Shown: positions 15,901 to 29,158 of the stretch, one piece after another
Layout: each line of letters opens with the position of its first letter
Position numbering within the stretch: the stretch's first letter is position 1
NCBI GenBank assembly: GCA_964016885.1
Contig: OZ024742.1
Span: 359,228,001 to 359,292,000, forward strand
Length of the DNA: 64,000 bases
Direction of reading: 5' to 3'
DNA from: Eledone cirrhosa
Taxonomy: Eukaryota
Notes under the pieces: model-generated
Database searches by the model: none
What the model saw: only the letters and a program-made list of their open reading frames with translations
What the model was told of the DNA's origin: nothing
Made by a program: the position numbers and the translations under genes

Positions 15901-17620
15901 AGGCAACTATGAACATTTGTGGACAGCTTAATATGTTCCTAACCTTATTTCTAACTAGAACCCTATCTAGGTACGATCTAGATGTTCCGCTACGATTAGT
16001 CCACGTCCACAGTGGCACAGTCGGAAAATCTAGTCGATATCTATCGGCCAGATCAAATCGGCCGATTAACTGTTTGAGGCTCTTACACCCACCTCTATCG
16101 GGACATGCTCCCACATAGTCCCAACGTGCATCTAGGATTCCATTCCAATCCCGGATGGGGCATATGCGGCCTCCAGCCTAAAGGCTCCACCTTCACTACC
16201 GTCAACGTCTAAGACCACCAGTCGACCCTCCGGGTCCAGATGTACCGTCTGTGTTACGCGGTCCAGGTGTTTCCGCAGCAAAACGGCAACCCCACCCCCA
16301 CCTCCCGGCTGATAGAGTGATGCGTAGAACTCAAAGTCGTCGAAGATGGGGCCAGTTGCCGCTCGCTGTGGATCCTGGACACGCAAGTGGCTACTACATC
16401 CATACTGTGCAACCTAAGGTCGTTTAAGAATTTGCCCTGTTTCCAGGGCATCCCCAGGCCGCGTACATTCACACATCCAACTCTTATATTGGCCATGTTG
16501 GTGCTGAAAAGTTAAAAAAAGAGGAAACGAAATCACTCACCTCTTCGTCTCCTGGGGACCAGGCTGCACAATTTCCATGGGGGTCTTGGAGGGGTTGTTT
16601 GGTGGGGGGGGGGGGTCTCTGGCGGGGTGGGGACGGAGATGTTTGGTGGGGAGGGGGTGTCAGGTGGGGTGGGGATGTCTGAGGTGGGGGTGGGGAAACA
16701 TTCAAAAGGACGTGGTTATAGGGTTTGACGCAGGGGTTAGGAAATTTTCTCTTTTTGTATAAGGTGTCTGTTAAAGTTTTATTGTTAGTATTTATGTAGG
16801 TGTGATATTTTTGTTGTGTTGTGTTGCTTTTTGACTGTGGTTCTTGTGTGTATTTACGTTTTGTAGTAAGTATTTTGTTTTCAGGAGGGGGTGTTTTTGT
16901 TTGTGCTGTTTGCGTCGCTTGTGTTGGTGTTTGTGTTTGTTGCATTTTTGTTTGTGTTATGTCTTTTCTTTTCTCTTTTTACTGGTCGGAATGGCTCTCC
17001 CTCATCTTCACTGGGTGACGATGATGACGCCTCATCCGTGTTGTTGTTGTGGTGGTGGTAATTGTTGTGCTGGTGTTGCAGGTGTTGGCAGTAATGCTAG
17101 TTAGCCGAGGACAGGAAGCTCTCAGGTGACCCTTGCTTGGGCAGTGGTAAATTGAGGGCCGCCTACCCTCGACCGAAATGTTTATGTATATAAGTCCATC
17201 CAGCAGCACACGTTCCGAGATCCTAGCTATTCGTTCTGGTGCCATTTGGATAAGAATTCCCAGGCTAGTTCCGCTGAACAGGTCGCCGCACTTACCTACC
17301 CAGATATTATTGTGTCTTTTTCTAGGTTTCAAAATCTTCATAGTACCCACCAAATATGAATATTTGTTGTGATACTTTGGATTTTTATTTTCTGTTTTCT
17401 TTACCCCATGTAAGTGGGGAAAAAGGTGAACAACGGTGACACAATTGGCGACACAGAGTATTTCTGTGCCGTCAGTTGGTCTTTTATCAGAATGGATAAA
17501 CTCCCGTAGAGTCTACCCTTCTGAATGAAAGCAATATCTTTTAAGGTATCTTCCAAAACCAACTCAATTTCGCCTTGTGAAAGTTTAGTCGGTTATCGGG
17601 TTTTGTTTGAGACTGTCAGA
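12950..17620 (-). mobile_element. Tx1/L1-clade non-LTR retrotransposon, near full length and decayed (ORF1 remnant with zinc knuckle; ORF2 APE-RT from 16496)
   Basis: ORF1 HCPSKGHLRASCP; ORF2 CVNVRGL, GRLVVLDV, AYAP, SYLDRVLV, YSDH, KSPGLDGLPYEFY, LDQSKAFDRV, QGCPLS, AYADDVTV, LSLKGRAEVAN. Confidence 0.92.
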
Positions 17621-18721
17621 TATTTGTGTCTGTGTGTGTGTGTGTATTCATCAGAAGATAATTATATTTTAATAATATTATTAATATTCGGTTTGTTGTC
17701 AAGCAGACAGCTACATAAAACGATATGTGTTTTCAAGATGATTGGAGCAAAAGGATGGCGCCAGTCATCTAGAAACACACAACGTGTTATGAGGCTGTTT
17801 ACCTGCAAACGAACCGAATATTAATAACATTATTATAATATTACTAAATTAATATAAATAAAGTACCAGTAATGCACTGGATAATTGCTGGCCTTGTGCC
17901 TAAAGTAGAAACAATTATTATAATATTATTATTCCCTAACTTAGACATTTACCTTCTCAACCCAACTCAACTGTGCCGTGTGTTCTTCTAGGCTCAGTAC
18001 AAGTAATTGCCTGTCCAGTATTGGAATTGATGCTATCAACCTTCCCTTCTCCTCACATATATTGGCCTCGTAAGGATTTTAATCACAGGCAACTCCATAC
18101 AACACTGAACGCTTACATTGCTATACACAGATCTGAAATCTAGGTGTTAATTGTAAATTAGTGTATGGATGTGTGCAGAACGATAATCTGGAACTGTTAA
18201 TGGTTTTGTCAGCAGGAATGTTTTACTCGTGGCAAGGTGTAATTCCAACAGTTCTTAGCTGTTATATCTAACACAAATTGAAGAACAGAACTTTCTTATT
18301 GTTATTTATTATTCCACCCCCCCTACATATTTATATAATAGTGTTTCTTATATGTTATACACATTTAATGTATCTGCATATTTATGGAGAAAAAGATTTT
18401 TATGGCATAGTTATTTTGGTTCTGTTAAGACAACTTCAGTTTGAAATAGAAGATGAACCTAACTATTTGCAGGCGACATTAATCCTGCACAAGACACAGC
18501 ATTAAGTGCTATGATAGCAATGTTTCAAAAACCAAATCAGTTAAAAATAAATCACTATAACCTTACAGCTACTATCTAACAAAAGAAACGGAAATAAGTA
18601 CAAATAAAAGTAAATGAATCAAATAGAAATCACACATAGGAAAACGCTATATAAATATTGATACAAAAGAAAAAGAAAGAACAGTATAGAATATTATATT
18701 TTTGTCATAAACAATTGAAAC

Positions 18722-19437
18722 TTTTAAATTAATGCACAGTGAGACGAATGTTGAATCGACGACACTTGGGGGAAAACAATTAATAGATTATACGTTGATG
18801 AGAAAATGATAATCTGAAATGACTGGTGATGTTGTTAAGGTTCGCTTTTGTTGGCTGTCACAAATTTACTTGCAATTTTTTCTGCATTTCTTCATTTCTT
18901 TTCTCGATCAAAGAAAATAATAAAAATGTAAAAAAACCCGTAAAAACCGAAGTATAGAACTAAATGTCTGTGACCATAATTTATTGCTCATAATTGTTTC
19001 TACTTTTTGGCACCAGGCCAGCAATTATCCCAGTGCATTACTGGTACTTTATTTTATCGACCCCGTAAGGATGAAAGGCAAAGTTAACCTCGGCGGGATT
19101 TGAACTCAGAATGGCAAGGGCCGTAACTCTATACGTCAAAACATGTCGTCCGACCCTCTACCGATACTGCCAATCCACTTTTAAATTAATGCACAGTGAG
19201 ACGAATATTGAATCGCCTACACTTGGGGGGGAAAAACAATTAATAGATTATACGTTGATGAGAAAATAACAATCTGAAATGACTGGTGACGTTAAGGTTC
19301 GCTTTTGTTGGCTGTCACAAATTTACTTGCAATATTTTCTGCATTTCTTCATTTTTTTTCTCGATCAAATAAAATAATAAAAATGTAAAAAACCCCGTAA
19401 AAACCAATGTCTGTGACCCTAATTTATGGCTCATAAT
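18722..19437. repeat. Roughly 260-270 bp direct duplication flanking a SINE
   Basis: 18722-18993 is repeated at 19179-19437, with the SINE at 18990-19179 between them. Confidence 0.9.
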
Positions 19438-19606
19438 GGAAACAAACTCAGAATTCTCTATCTACTGAAATAATGACAGTAATTTCATTTTACTTCCTCT
19501 TAATCAGTGACATATGAAGCATCAACTACCCTCGTCTAAATCACAAAATGTAATACCAACTCCCTCACTCACCCTTACCACCGTCACATTATCTAATGTC
19601 ATTGGT

Positions 19607-21032
19607 ACCATCTCTACTATCAACACCACAACTACTATCACCTATACAGTCACCACCTCTACTATCACCTATACCGTCACCATCTCTACTATCAACAACA
19701 CAACTACTATCACCTATACAGTCACCATCTCTACTATCAACACCACTACTACTATCACCCATACAGTCACCATCTCTACTATCAACACCACTACTACTAT
19801 CACCCATACAGTCACCATCTCTACTATCAACACCACAACTACTATCACCTATACAGTCACCATCTCTACTATCACCTATACAGTCACGGTCTTTACTATC
19901 AACACCACTACTACAAACACCTATACAGTCACCACCTCTACTATCACCTATACCGTCACCATCTCTACTATCAACACCACTACTACTATCACCCATACAG
20001 TCACCATCTTACTATCAACACCACTACTACTATCACCTATACAGTCACCATCTCTACTATCAACACCACTACTATTATCACCTATACAGTCACCATCTCT
20101 ACTATAAACACCACTACTACTATCACCCATACAGTCACCATCTGACTATCAACACCACTACAACTATCACCTATACAGTCACCATCTCTACTATCAACAC
20201 CACTACTACTATCACCTATACAGTCACCATCTCTACTATAAACACCACTACTACTATCACCCATACAGTCACCATCTGACTATCAACACCACTACTACTA
20301 TCACCTATACAGTCACCATCTCTACTATCAACACCACTACTACTATCACCTATACCGTCACCATCTCTACTATAAACACCACTACTACTATCACCCATAC
20401 AGTCACCATCTTACTATCAACACCACTACTACTATCACCTATACAGTCACCATCTCTACTATCAACACCACTACTACTATCACCTATACCGTCACCATCT
20501 CTACTATCAACACCACTACTACTATCACCCATACAGTCACCATCTGACTATCAACACCACTACAACTATCACCTATACCGTCACCATCTCTACTATCAAC
20601 ACCACTACTACTATCACCCATACAGTCACCATCTCTACTATCAACACCACTACTACTATCACCCATACAGTCACCATCTCTACTATCAACACCACTACTA
20701 CTATCACCCATACAGTCACCATCTCTACTATCAACACCACTACTACTATCACCCATACAGTCACCATCTTACTATCAACACCACTACTACTATCACCTAT
20801 ACAGTCACCATCTCTACTATCAACACCACTACTACTATCACCTATACCGTCACCATCTCTACTATCAACACCACTACTACTATCACCTATACCGTCACCA
20901 TCTCTACTATCAACACCACTACTACTATCACCCATACAGTCACCATCACTACTATCAACACCACTACTACTATCACCCATACAGTCACCATCTCTACTAT
21001 CAACACCACTACTACTATCACCCATACAGTCA
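19607..21032. repeat. 45-bp minisatellite (accatctctactatcaacaccactactactatcacctatacagtc), about 32 units, followed by (CAT)n
   Basis: Direct tandem repeat; 44-bp and 27-bp variant units; ORF track shows a 134-bp periodicity. Confidence 0.95.
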
Positions 21033-22358
21033 TCAGGAATATCAGCTACAACCTTAACACCATCCTCATCTCCAGCGCCATCACAATTTATCATCATCAT
21101 CATCAACATTATATTATTTTTGTTATTATTTTCATCATCCATCTTCTTCAGCACCATTATCATCATCGTCATCATAATCATCATCATCATCATCACTATC
21201 GCTACATTTATTTAAATGTTACTCTATGGAGATGATCAAGCAGCTCCTCTCTAACTAACTATAGTCACGAGACACAAGTCGACTTTCCTAATTAATTAAT
21301 GTTTTTTTTGTTAACACTCCAAGAAGATATCAAAAGAACTTATCAAACAATTCCTCAACATGAAATGACGCAATAATTCTTTCTAAAATTGCCATAAAGC
21401 AAGATATTTGGGGCAAGGCAAATATTGATTTTATCGACCTCAATGCTTAACTGGTGTTTTATAATCAAGCCCGGAAGGAAGAAAGAAAAAGTTGGGATTT
21501 GATCGGTGGGATTTGAACTCAAAACGTAGCAAGTCGTATGAAAATAGAGCAACGTGTTTAGTCCGATTCTCTAGCGATAATGGTGAGCCATCGCCATATG
21601 TCACAAGAATTAATACAGTGATGGGAAACGTAACAAATATATGTGGCAGTAGACGTGCTTCCTGAGAGAGTAAGATATGCGTCTTGTCTTTTAGGTGAAA
21701 ATTGGAGAAAATATACACAGCCGTGGAATTAAAGTCAAATTAATTGTTGTATCATCTAAACTATAATAAAGTAAGGAGTTCGGAACTGCGTCCAGAATAT
21801 ATTTGTTTATCCTGTTTGTAAAATAAGTTGGATTAAGGAATGAATATTACATAATTTATCTACTAAATCTCGTTATTCTTGAATAATGTTGTTGCTTATT
21901 TTAAGATTCACTTCTTTAAAATTTTCAAATGTCAACACTTCCGGTTAGCGATCATTTAAATAAACATTCATATATTTCCGTCACTAATTTTCTCCTAATG
22001 CGGTTTATATATAATATCGTCTTTTTTTATGTATCATGGATTACGTTATTGATTACATAAGAGAGTGAAACGCAGTCCTCGTTCAATTTCTGTGTATATT
22101 GTCAATTACGATTTTATTTGATGTATCATATCGACATGCATACTTATACTTGCGTATAATATCAATATGCACACTACACAGGCTAGCAGAAAAACCACCC
22201 AACGGGTGGTTTTTCTGCTAGTTGCCCTGATGATGCAAGGACATTGACACTGACACCCCAGCCAATACCACCAGTACAAACACCACCAACACCGCCAGAC
22301 ATGGATAATGGAATCTGCCTTTTAATAACTGTCATTTGTGTATGTTCTAATCTTGTGA

Positions 22359-22540
22359 AGGCGATGTCTTAGTGGTTAGAGCGTTAATTGTGAGTTCGAT
22401 TTTCAGATAGGGTGATGCGTTGTGTTCCTGAGAAAGACACTTTATTTCATGTTGCTCCAGTTTACTCTACTGTAGAAATGAGTTGTGATGTTATTGGTGT
22501 CAAGCTATATCAGCCATTGCCTTTCCTTTGGACAACACCA
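22359..22540 (+). mobile_element. tRNA-derived CORE-like SINE family 2, 5' part; continues at 23565-23780; complete copy at 34065-34400
   Basis: tagtggttagagc A-box, gagttcgatt B-box, gtgt.cctgag.aagacacttt core; three related segments. Confidence 0.75.
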
Positions 22541-22551
22541 TATATAGTGTA

Positions 22552-23493
22552 CTAGCAGAATGGCCCGGCGTTGCTCGGGATTTGCTCTAGGGTTCTTATA
22601 TATTTGATATATATTTATCCTTATCGAGGCTCGTGAAATAAATACATCTGTTTATATTTTGTTATTGTGTATGCAAAAATATCTGTAGACGAATATATAA
22701 TTATATATATATATTAAAATAACAGATTAAAGTTTAAGCAAAGAATCGCTGCTTTCACCCTCAAAGGGATCTTCTACCTAAAAGCAGTATGAAGTACACT
22801 AAGACTAACTGATGTAATCGTTGGCCTTGTTTGTTTATATTTAGTTTTTGTGTATGCAAAAATATCTGTCAGTGATACATGTGATTATGTAATCGCCAGC
22901 CTTGTTTGTTTATATTTTGTTTTTGTGAATGCAAAAATATCTGTACACGAATATCTATATTAAAATAACATATTAAAGTTTAAACAAAGAATCATTGCTT
23001 TCAACCTTAACGGGATCTTCTGAAACTAAAAAAATCAATCTGTGAACGCAGATGTAAATATTTCGAAAAACGTTGCAACCGAAGGAAAAACAGGAAGACG
23101 ATACTTTGGTTCGTGAAGACGTTCCCTGACATAAGAATATATATATATATATACATACACTATATATACATATATATACACACATACACTGATGGCGTCA
23201 TAATGACGTAATGCAGACAGTCAGGCATACAGACAGATATTATAAAGGTGCGACGTTATATCTACGTATCTATCTAAAAAGAGAAAGACTAAGAATTATA
23301 GAGATCGCTAAATCGCATAATACAGTCCCTAGGGCATTGAAAATTTGAAATTTATTTTGCTCAAAACACGCACGGCACCATAAGTATTATATGTGTAAAG
23401 TTTGAAAAAACTCGGTTGGGTGGTTCTCGAGTTTTAGTGATTGGACAGACAGAGAGATAGACAAACAGACTTTCTCTGTTTTAGTAATATAGA
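22552..23493 (-). mobile_element. Non-autonomous Helitron
   Basis: Minus strand begins TC (a|tctatattactaaa) and ends with hairpin cccgagcaacgccggg plus ccattctgCTAG|t; inserted between A and T. Confidence 0.8.
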
Positions 23494-23849
23494 TATATAG
23501 AGTATAGTGTGTATATAGAGAGTATAGAGAACATATATTGAGTATACAGGGTGTATATATAGAGTAAGTTGTGACGTCACTGGTGTCAAGCTATATCAGC
23601 CATTGCCTTTCCTTTGGACAACATCAGTGGCCGGGAGAGGATAGACTGGTATATATGGGCGACTGCTGGTCTTCCACAAACAACTTTGTCCGGACTTCTG
23701 GGTCGAAGGAGAAATGTCTAGTTGCAAATGTCACGGTCATTGGTGACCGAAGGGGTCTTACACTTACCTTACCCTTTACTCCTGTGACACGTTGACCATA
23801 AACTCCGGGAGGATGTATGGTAATTCGTGAAATCCTAGTTAGCCATTGC

Positions 23850-24115
23850 TATATATATATATTAGCTTAAGTGAACCTTAAAAATCAGGAGTGGCACCCC
23901 TAGAGTGAACCTGTCTATGTTATTCTAAATCTAGTTTTTAAAGAATTCCTTTTTCTTTAAGCCCATTAACCAATGACCTCCACCTATCCCAATCACCACT
24001 CTCTCCTACCACCAGAAAAGATATAAATACCACCATATTACTTGGACAGCTGCTTCCTGATGATTTCTCCCGAATGAAACAGTTCTAGTCCTGTAGAAAC
24101 CTTTCTATATTAAAT
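23850..24115 (+). mobile_element. PLE 3' remnant with degenerate HHR; related fold-back copy at 60215-60385
   Basis: tataaata followed by CTGATGA-tttctcccgaat-GAAAC-agttcta-GTC; stem I poorly paired. Confidence 0.5.
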
Positions 24116-24116
24116 A

Positions 24117-26585
24117 TCTATATATATAAAGGGAAGATGGCCGTTGTTTGGTGTTCCGAACTTGCATGCTACACCGTTCATCCAATTTTCATGAAACCTC
24201 ACACATATATAAAACTCAACGCGTAGAGTGGAATAGGCTACTTGAAATTTCGAAAAATCGATAATCGGGCCCTATGACAGAATGTTTTTAGATTCCAATG
24301 AAATTTTATGTGAATTCGAACACAAGAACTCTTAGTTTACATCTGGCGCAATAAAAATAAATTTCATATGCCCATATAAGGACGTGCGTTATTGATTGGA
24401 CGGCCAGCTGCATGTCTTCCCAGCTGTCTCAGTAAACGACCGACCATTAAAGAGTTTATCTTTTCATATTCCACCTTATTCAAGTGGAAATACAGTATTA
24501 TCCCTATCTGAAAAGGGAACCAAATTTAATTTTTTTTTTTGTGATGCTAAAAGCTGTGAGTAAATTTTCAAACAGTCTTAAATAATCATACTTTTTGAAA
24601 AAAAAAATTACTAAATAATACGTTGACCAAGTTGTATTGTACACATACAAAGTTGTAAAAAATTACTTAATTTATAATACAGTCTTTTGCACAGGAAGTG
24701 AGTAACTTTTCGGGTGTTTAAACGTAAGTTCACCAGGGTTTGTGTCTTCATTATTAGCCCACCTCTAATAGCATTTTTTGTTCTGCTTACGACTAAATGT
24801 TATGAGCGTATTTGCAATTAATTGCGCACACGTGCACACCTGCATGCAGATAGACACTGAGAGCCAATAAAAAATCGATAACTTGCTTATTAAGATATCG
24901 GTCAAAAAGAGAGATTGAATGTACTTTAGAACATTTTTTGAATATATTGTTCTTTTTGGCATGATATGTCAGAAATATAGCTACTATACACTTTGGTTAT
25001 TTTTTGTAACTAAAAAAACGGTTCCTTTTGGGTGGATACTTAACGAGAAAAATCCTAGGGTTTTGGACAAGTTTGTTTCAGGCGCTGTATAGACGCCTAT
25101 TTTGTCACACCTTGGTCATGAATTCGTATTCTTTTCCAATAGATATTTTTCGCTCTATAAGGCTCACCAGGATATAAGGCGTATCATTTAAAATCAGGTC
25201 CGCGCAACGGCGTGTAAGGCCAACCAGGAAAATGCTATCTTCTTTACTTTTAGTCTAGATCTATTACTTCTGTTAGAGCCGTGATTGATTACCATTGTAT
25301 TATTTATACATAAGGCTCACCGGAGTATAAAGCGCAGAGCTGTATTTTGATTAAATTTAATTATTTTAAGTGCAATTTATAGACCGGAAAATTCGGTAAG
25401 TTATTGTAATCATATTTCCAAAGCTTCCCATTCACCAGTAACCATGCTAACGAATCTGGTGTCATCTCTCTCTGTATTTAATCACCTCTCTCTAAGCTAA
25501 CAGCTTCGTTACACGTCGTTATGCCCATACGGAAACGTTCAAGACTTACCTCCAAAAAAGGTACAGCTATTGCTTTGAGACAACGAATTAGGCGTTCTCA
25601 GGTATGAGTTCATTCACAATTGATTAATCCTTTATGCAATATTCTCCCTTAATGTTAGCAAGTACTGCGTTTATCCTAACTGTCACCACTTTTAAGCAAC
25701 TACAACATTCTAATCGTAGTTATATTACATTTATTGTCTTACCTTTATTCCCTTTTGTTCATGTTAGACTTTTCTCATTTACTATTGACACTGCCATTGG
25801 CTTAGCTAACCAGTAGAATTAATTAATTTTCTCTAGGAAACACCTGCTGAGCGCGAATCTCGAACTCGCTGATAGACGTCTTTCCCGGCTGGTTGAATCA
25901 CCAACATCACGTACGACAAGGCTTGCTGATGTTCGCCTTCGTCGCCAACAAGCGCTGACGGAGGAATCATCAACATCCCGTCAGACGAGGCTTGAGGCTG
26001 TGGCAAAGGGCAATAACCCTAGATACAATTTTGATCAACTTTCTTTCACCTATAGCAAATTTACCGGGACAGGTTTTTAGCTACTCAAATCTACTTCAGA
26101 GATCACGCATTGATGTAAAACATCAATAAAACTGAAGCGGGGCTCGACTTTGCGCAAAAAAACAAGGCAAAGTTGCACATGGGAACACTTTTTACAGGAA
26201 CGTCCTATATTCTTGAAAACTGTCACAAAAGACTCGCCATTATGCCGCGGTTAAGATAAAGGCCCTTTTAATTCTTCTTCTGCACATGTGAGCGCAAAAA
26301 TTGTAAAACAAAAAAACCCTGAAAGTAATTGACATTTTCACCCTGCTTTAAATTAACTGAACATTCAATATCAAGCGATTTTGACTTCCGTCAGTCGTGC
26401 AGAGAACAATTTCAACGATACACTGTGTAACTACAATTAATAAATTACACACCTGTGTCTACTAACCTGTTTTTTTTCATTGAAGTTCGAAGTTTTGAAC
26501 CTGTGATGCGCGGGAAGTAACTTTCACACATTCTAACAGACCAAAGGTCGACTTACACCCGGGAAACGCCGGGTACTTCTGCTAG
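24117..26585 (+). mobile_element. Non-autonomous Helitron, copy 1 (about 2.47 kb)
   Basis: 5' a|TC, 3' hairpin cccgggaaacgccggg plus tacttctgCTAG|t; near-identical copy at 57000-59235. Confidence 0.9.
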
Positions 26586-26958
26586 TATATATATAAATAT
26601 ATAAGTAGAAGTGGTATTTAATTTGTTGGAAGTCCGACAAATATACATGTATATAACTGATTTAGAGCACTCAACAGATACTGGAGTAAATATCCAGTGA
26701 ATTTCCAACCGAAAAGGTATGGTTTTCATAGGTATGTCTCTATTTATAAAACAAACTTTGTATTTTATCTGATGAAAGCGTACCAATGTTGTCTTCGTTT
26801 CCCTTGAAATATATATAATAAAATAAATATGATTTTATAAATATAGTTTCCATTTATTTAATATCATTTTATATATATATTTCAGCATAAAGTACATATG
26901 CGTATATGTTCGTCAACGCACAACGTTGCACGCACACACGCACAAACACAGATTCAGG

Positions 26959-27036
<78 letters not shown>

Positions 27037-27328
27037 GATGTTATTTAGTAGCAATCGAAATCTCCCCCTTCCCCAATTGACACTTTATGATTAATACTAC
27101 TGCACCAAATGACCAGCCCTGTCCACTGTCCAGTTGGTCAAGTAGAGATTAAAATCGGCACCCCCAAAATTCTTATTTAGATTTACTCATGGTATTCTCA
27201 TTAAAAACCCATTATATACTTGTTTAGCAGTAAATTATTTTACCATCTGTCATATTCTATCCCCTCTGTTCCTTCCTCTTTTACTAATATAAATACTTCA
27301 ATTTTTCTGATTTTATCCAGTTTATCCA

Positions 27329-27449
27329 AAATCTCTGAAGAAGTGACAACTGATTATACATTTGCTATCGAATACTTGCTAACATTATATGATTACGCAA
27401 GCAGCGATACATAGGTATTCGGTCTGTTACAGAAACATATGTCAATACC
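27329..27449 (+). ncRNA. HHR-like motif with long stem II and weak stem I in a TA-flanked block
   Basis: CTGAAGA-agtgaca...tgttaca-GAAAC-atat-GTC. Confidence 0.5.
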
Positions 27450-27497
27450 TAATAAATTCCTTTTTAAACAAAAGCACTTTCATTTTATATTCATCCT

Positions 27498-27546
<49 letters not shown>

Positions 27547-27603
27547 ATATTATATATATATATATTATATATATATATATTATATATATATATATTATAT
27601 ATA

Positions 27604-27754
<151 letters not shown>

Positions 27755-28605
27755 GTCTGCATGTATGCGTGTGTGTGACTGTAGACGTAATATGGAATGC
27801 ACCTGAATCTGTGTGTGTGCGTGCAACGTTGTGCGTTGACGAACATATACGCATATGTACTTTATGCTGAAATAAGTATTGTAGTCCTTTACACGTCTGG
27901 AGTTTGGTATTTTATTTTTCACTCCACTTTTACCTCATTTGTTTTTTAAAACGCACCCATCTTTTGTTGAACTGTGTGGACGTAAATAGGTGAATGCACC
28001 CGAGCCTGTGTTTATACTGTGCACGCGCAACGGTGTGAGTTCGGACAATCACACGTACGTACTCTACGCTAAAAGAAGAATTGTAATTCTGTACACTTCT
28101 CGATTCTGACACACAGGTTTTTTATTTCAGTTTATATTTTTCTAAATTTGTTATATTGGTTGTAACACACACGCATTCTTTATTTGTTTGGCATCTCCCA
28201 CCACGTGAAATGGTGGCAGGATAGATGCCAGTATACACACATAAATTCTTCAGACCATGGCAGCAGCATACTGAGGTTGACCTACTAGCTGACCTCTTAA
28301 CACCACTACCACTACCACCACAGTAAAGGAGGTCAGCTGTACTTAAACATTATTATAAAAACAACTATAACAGGCTGCCCTGTCTCTGAAGAATGTATAT
28401 AGACTTTCGACTGTCGAGTGGTATGACAAATGACCAATGGGATACGAGCATGTCCTCTGACGCTGAAATTCGTTTGTTCTAGCCCATATGATTCCAGTTC
28501 CTCGGAGGACCAACAACACACCCAGGAGCTGGACATATCGATGTATTGACAGAGTGGAACACGCTGCAACAACATGTGTACCTGTCTTTTTCACATTAAT
28601 TTCGA

Positions 28606-28658
28606 CTGCCTGAAGAGGTCACAGCCAATAATAGCTGTCACCGAAATTTATATAGCAG
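28606..28658 (+). ncRNA. Hammerhead ribozyme (AUA triplet)
   Basis: ctgc-CTGAAGA-ggtcacagc/gctgtcacc-GAAAT-ttat-ATA-gcag; same family as 38837-38895, 39154-39209 and 44685-44740. Confidence 0.78.
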
Positions 28659-28664
28659 AGAATT

Positions 28665-29158
28665 CATATTAGCACCAAGACCAAGCTCCGCCTGTACAAG
28701 AGCATCGTGCTGCCGACAGTGCCTTATGCGAGCGAGACCTGGAAGAGTACGGCAAAAATAGAGAGACGGCTGAACGCTTTCCAACAGCGGTGATTGCGAA
28801 AGATCCTTCGTGTGTCCTGGCACGACCGAGTGCGAAATGAGGAGATCCTGCGGAGAGCCGAGTCATTGATGCTACAGAGAGTGGTCGGTCACGGAGCGTC
28901 GGTGCCGTCTGGCTGGCCATATTCCGCGTCTGCCAAATGAACGGCATTCGAAAACAGCGATGAACTGGACTCCGCCTGGCGGTAAACGGAGGCGGGTTGC
29001 CCAAGGACAACCTGGCGACGAACGTTCCGAAAGGACCTGATGGCAGCCAACATCACCTGGCACGGTCTCGAAAAAGTTGCCACTGATCGTGACCATTGGC
29101 GAGTTCTTACTGATCGATGCGCCGAACGGCGCGGAAGAATCTAAGACTAAGAGTAAGA
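28665..29158 (+). mobile_element. RTE-clade LINE 3' fragment
   Basis: TKLRLYKSIV...LNAFQQR.LRKILRVSWHDRVRNEEIL...LAGHIPRLPNERHSKTAMNWTPPGGKRRR...TWRRTF; short (ctaaga) tail. Confidence 0.88.

Noticed and set aside
13383-16118. Plus-strand ORFs overlapping the Tx1-like LINE, and antisense ORFs over the other elements
   Set aside because: Shadow frames of the retroelement coding strand
17705-17805. Acceptor-like site and short open frame on the minus strand
   Set aside because: No donor site or homology; cannot be supported
19607-21032. Possible CRISPR-like array (also 30296-30511 and 3235-3507)
   Set aside because: Contiguous tandem units or TA spacers, no unique spacers, no cas genes, eukaryotic context
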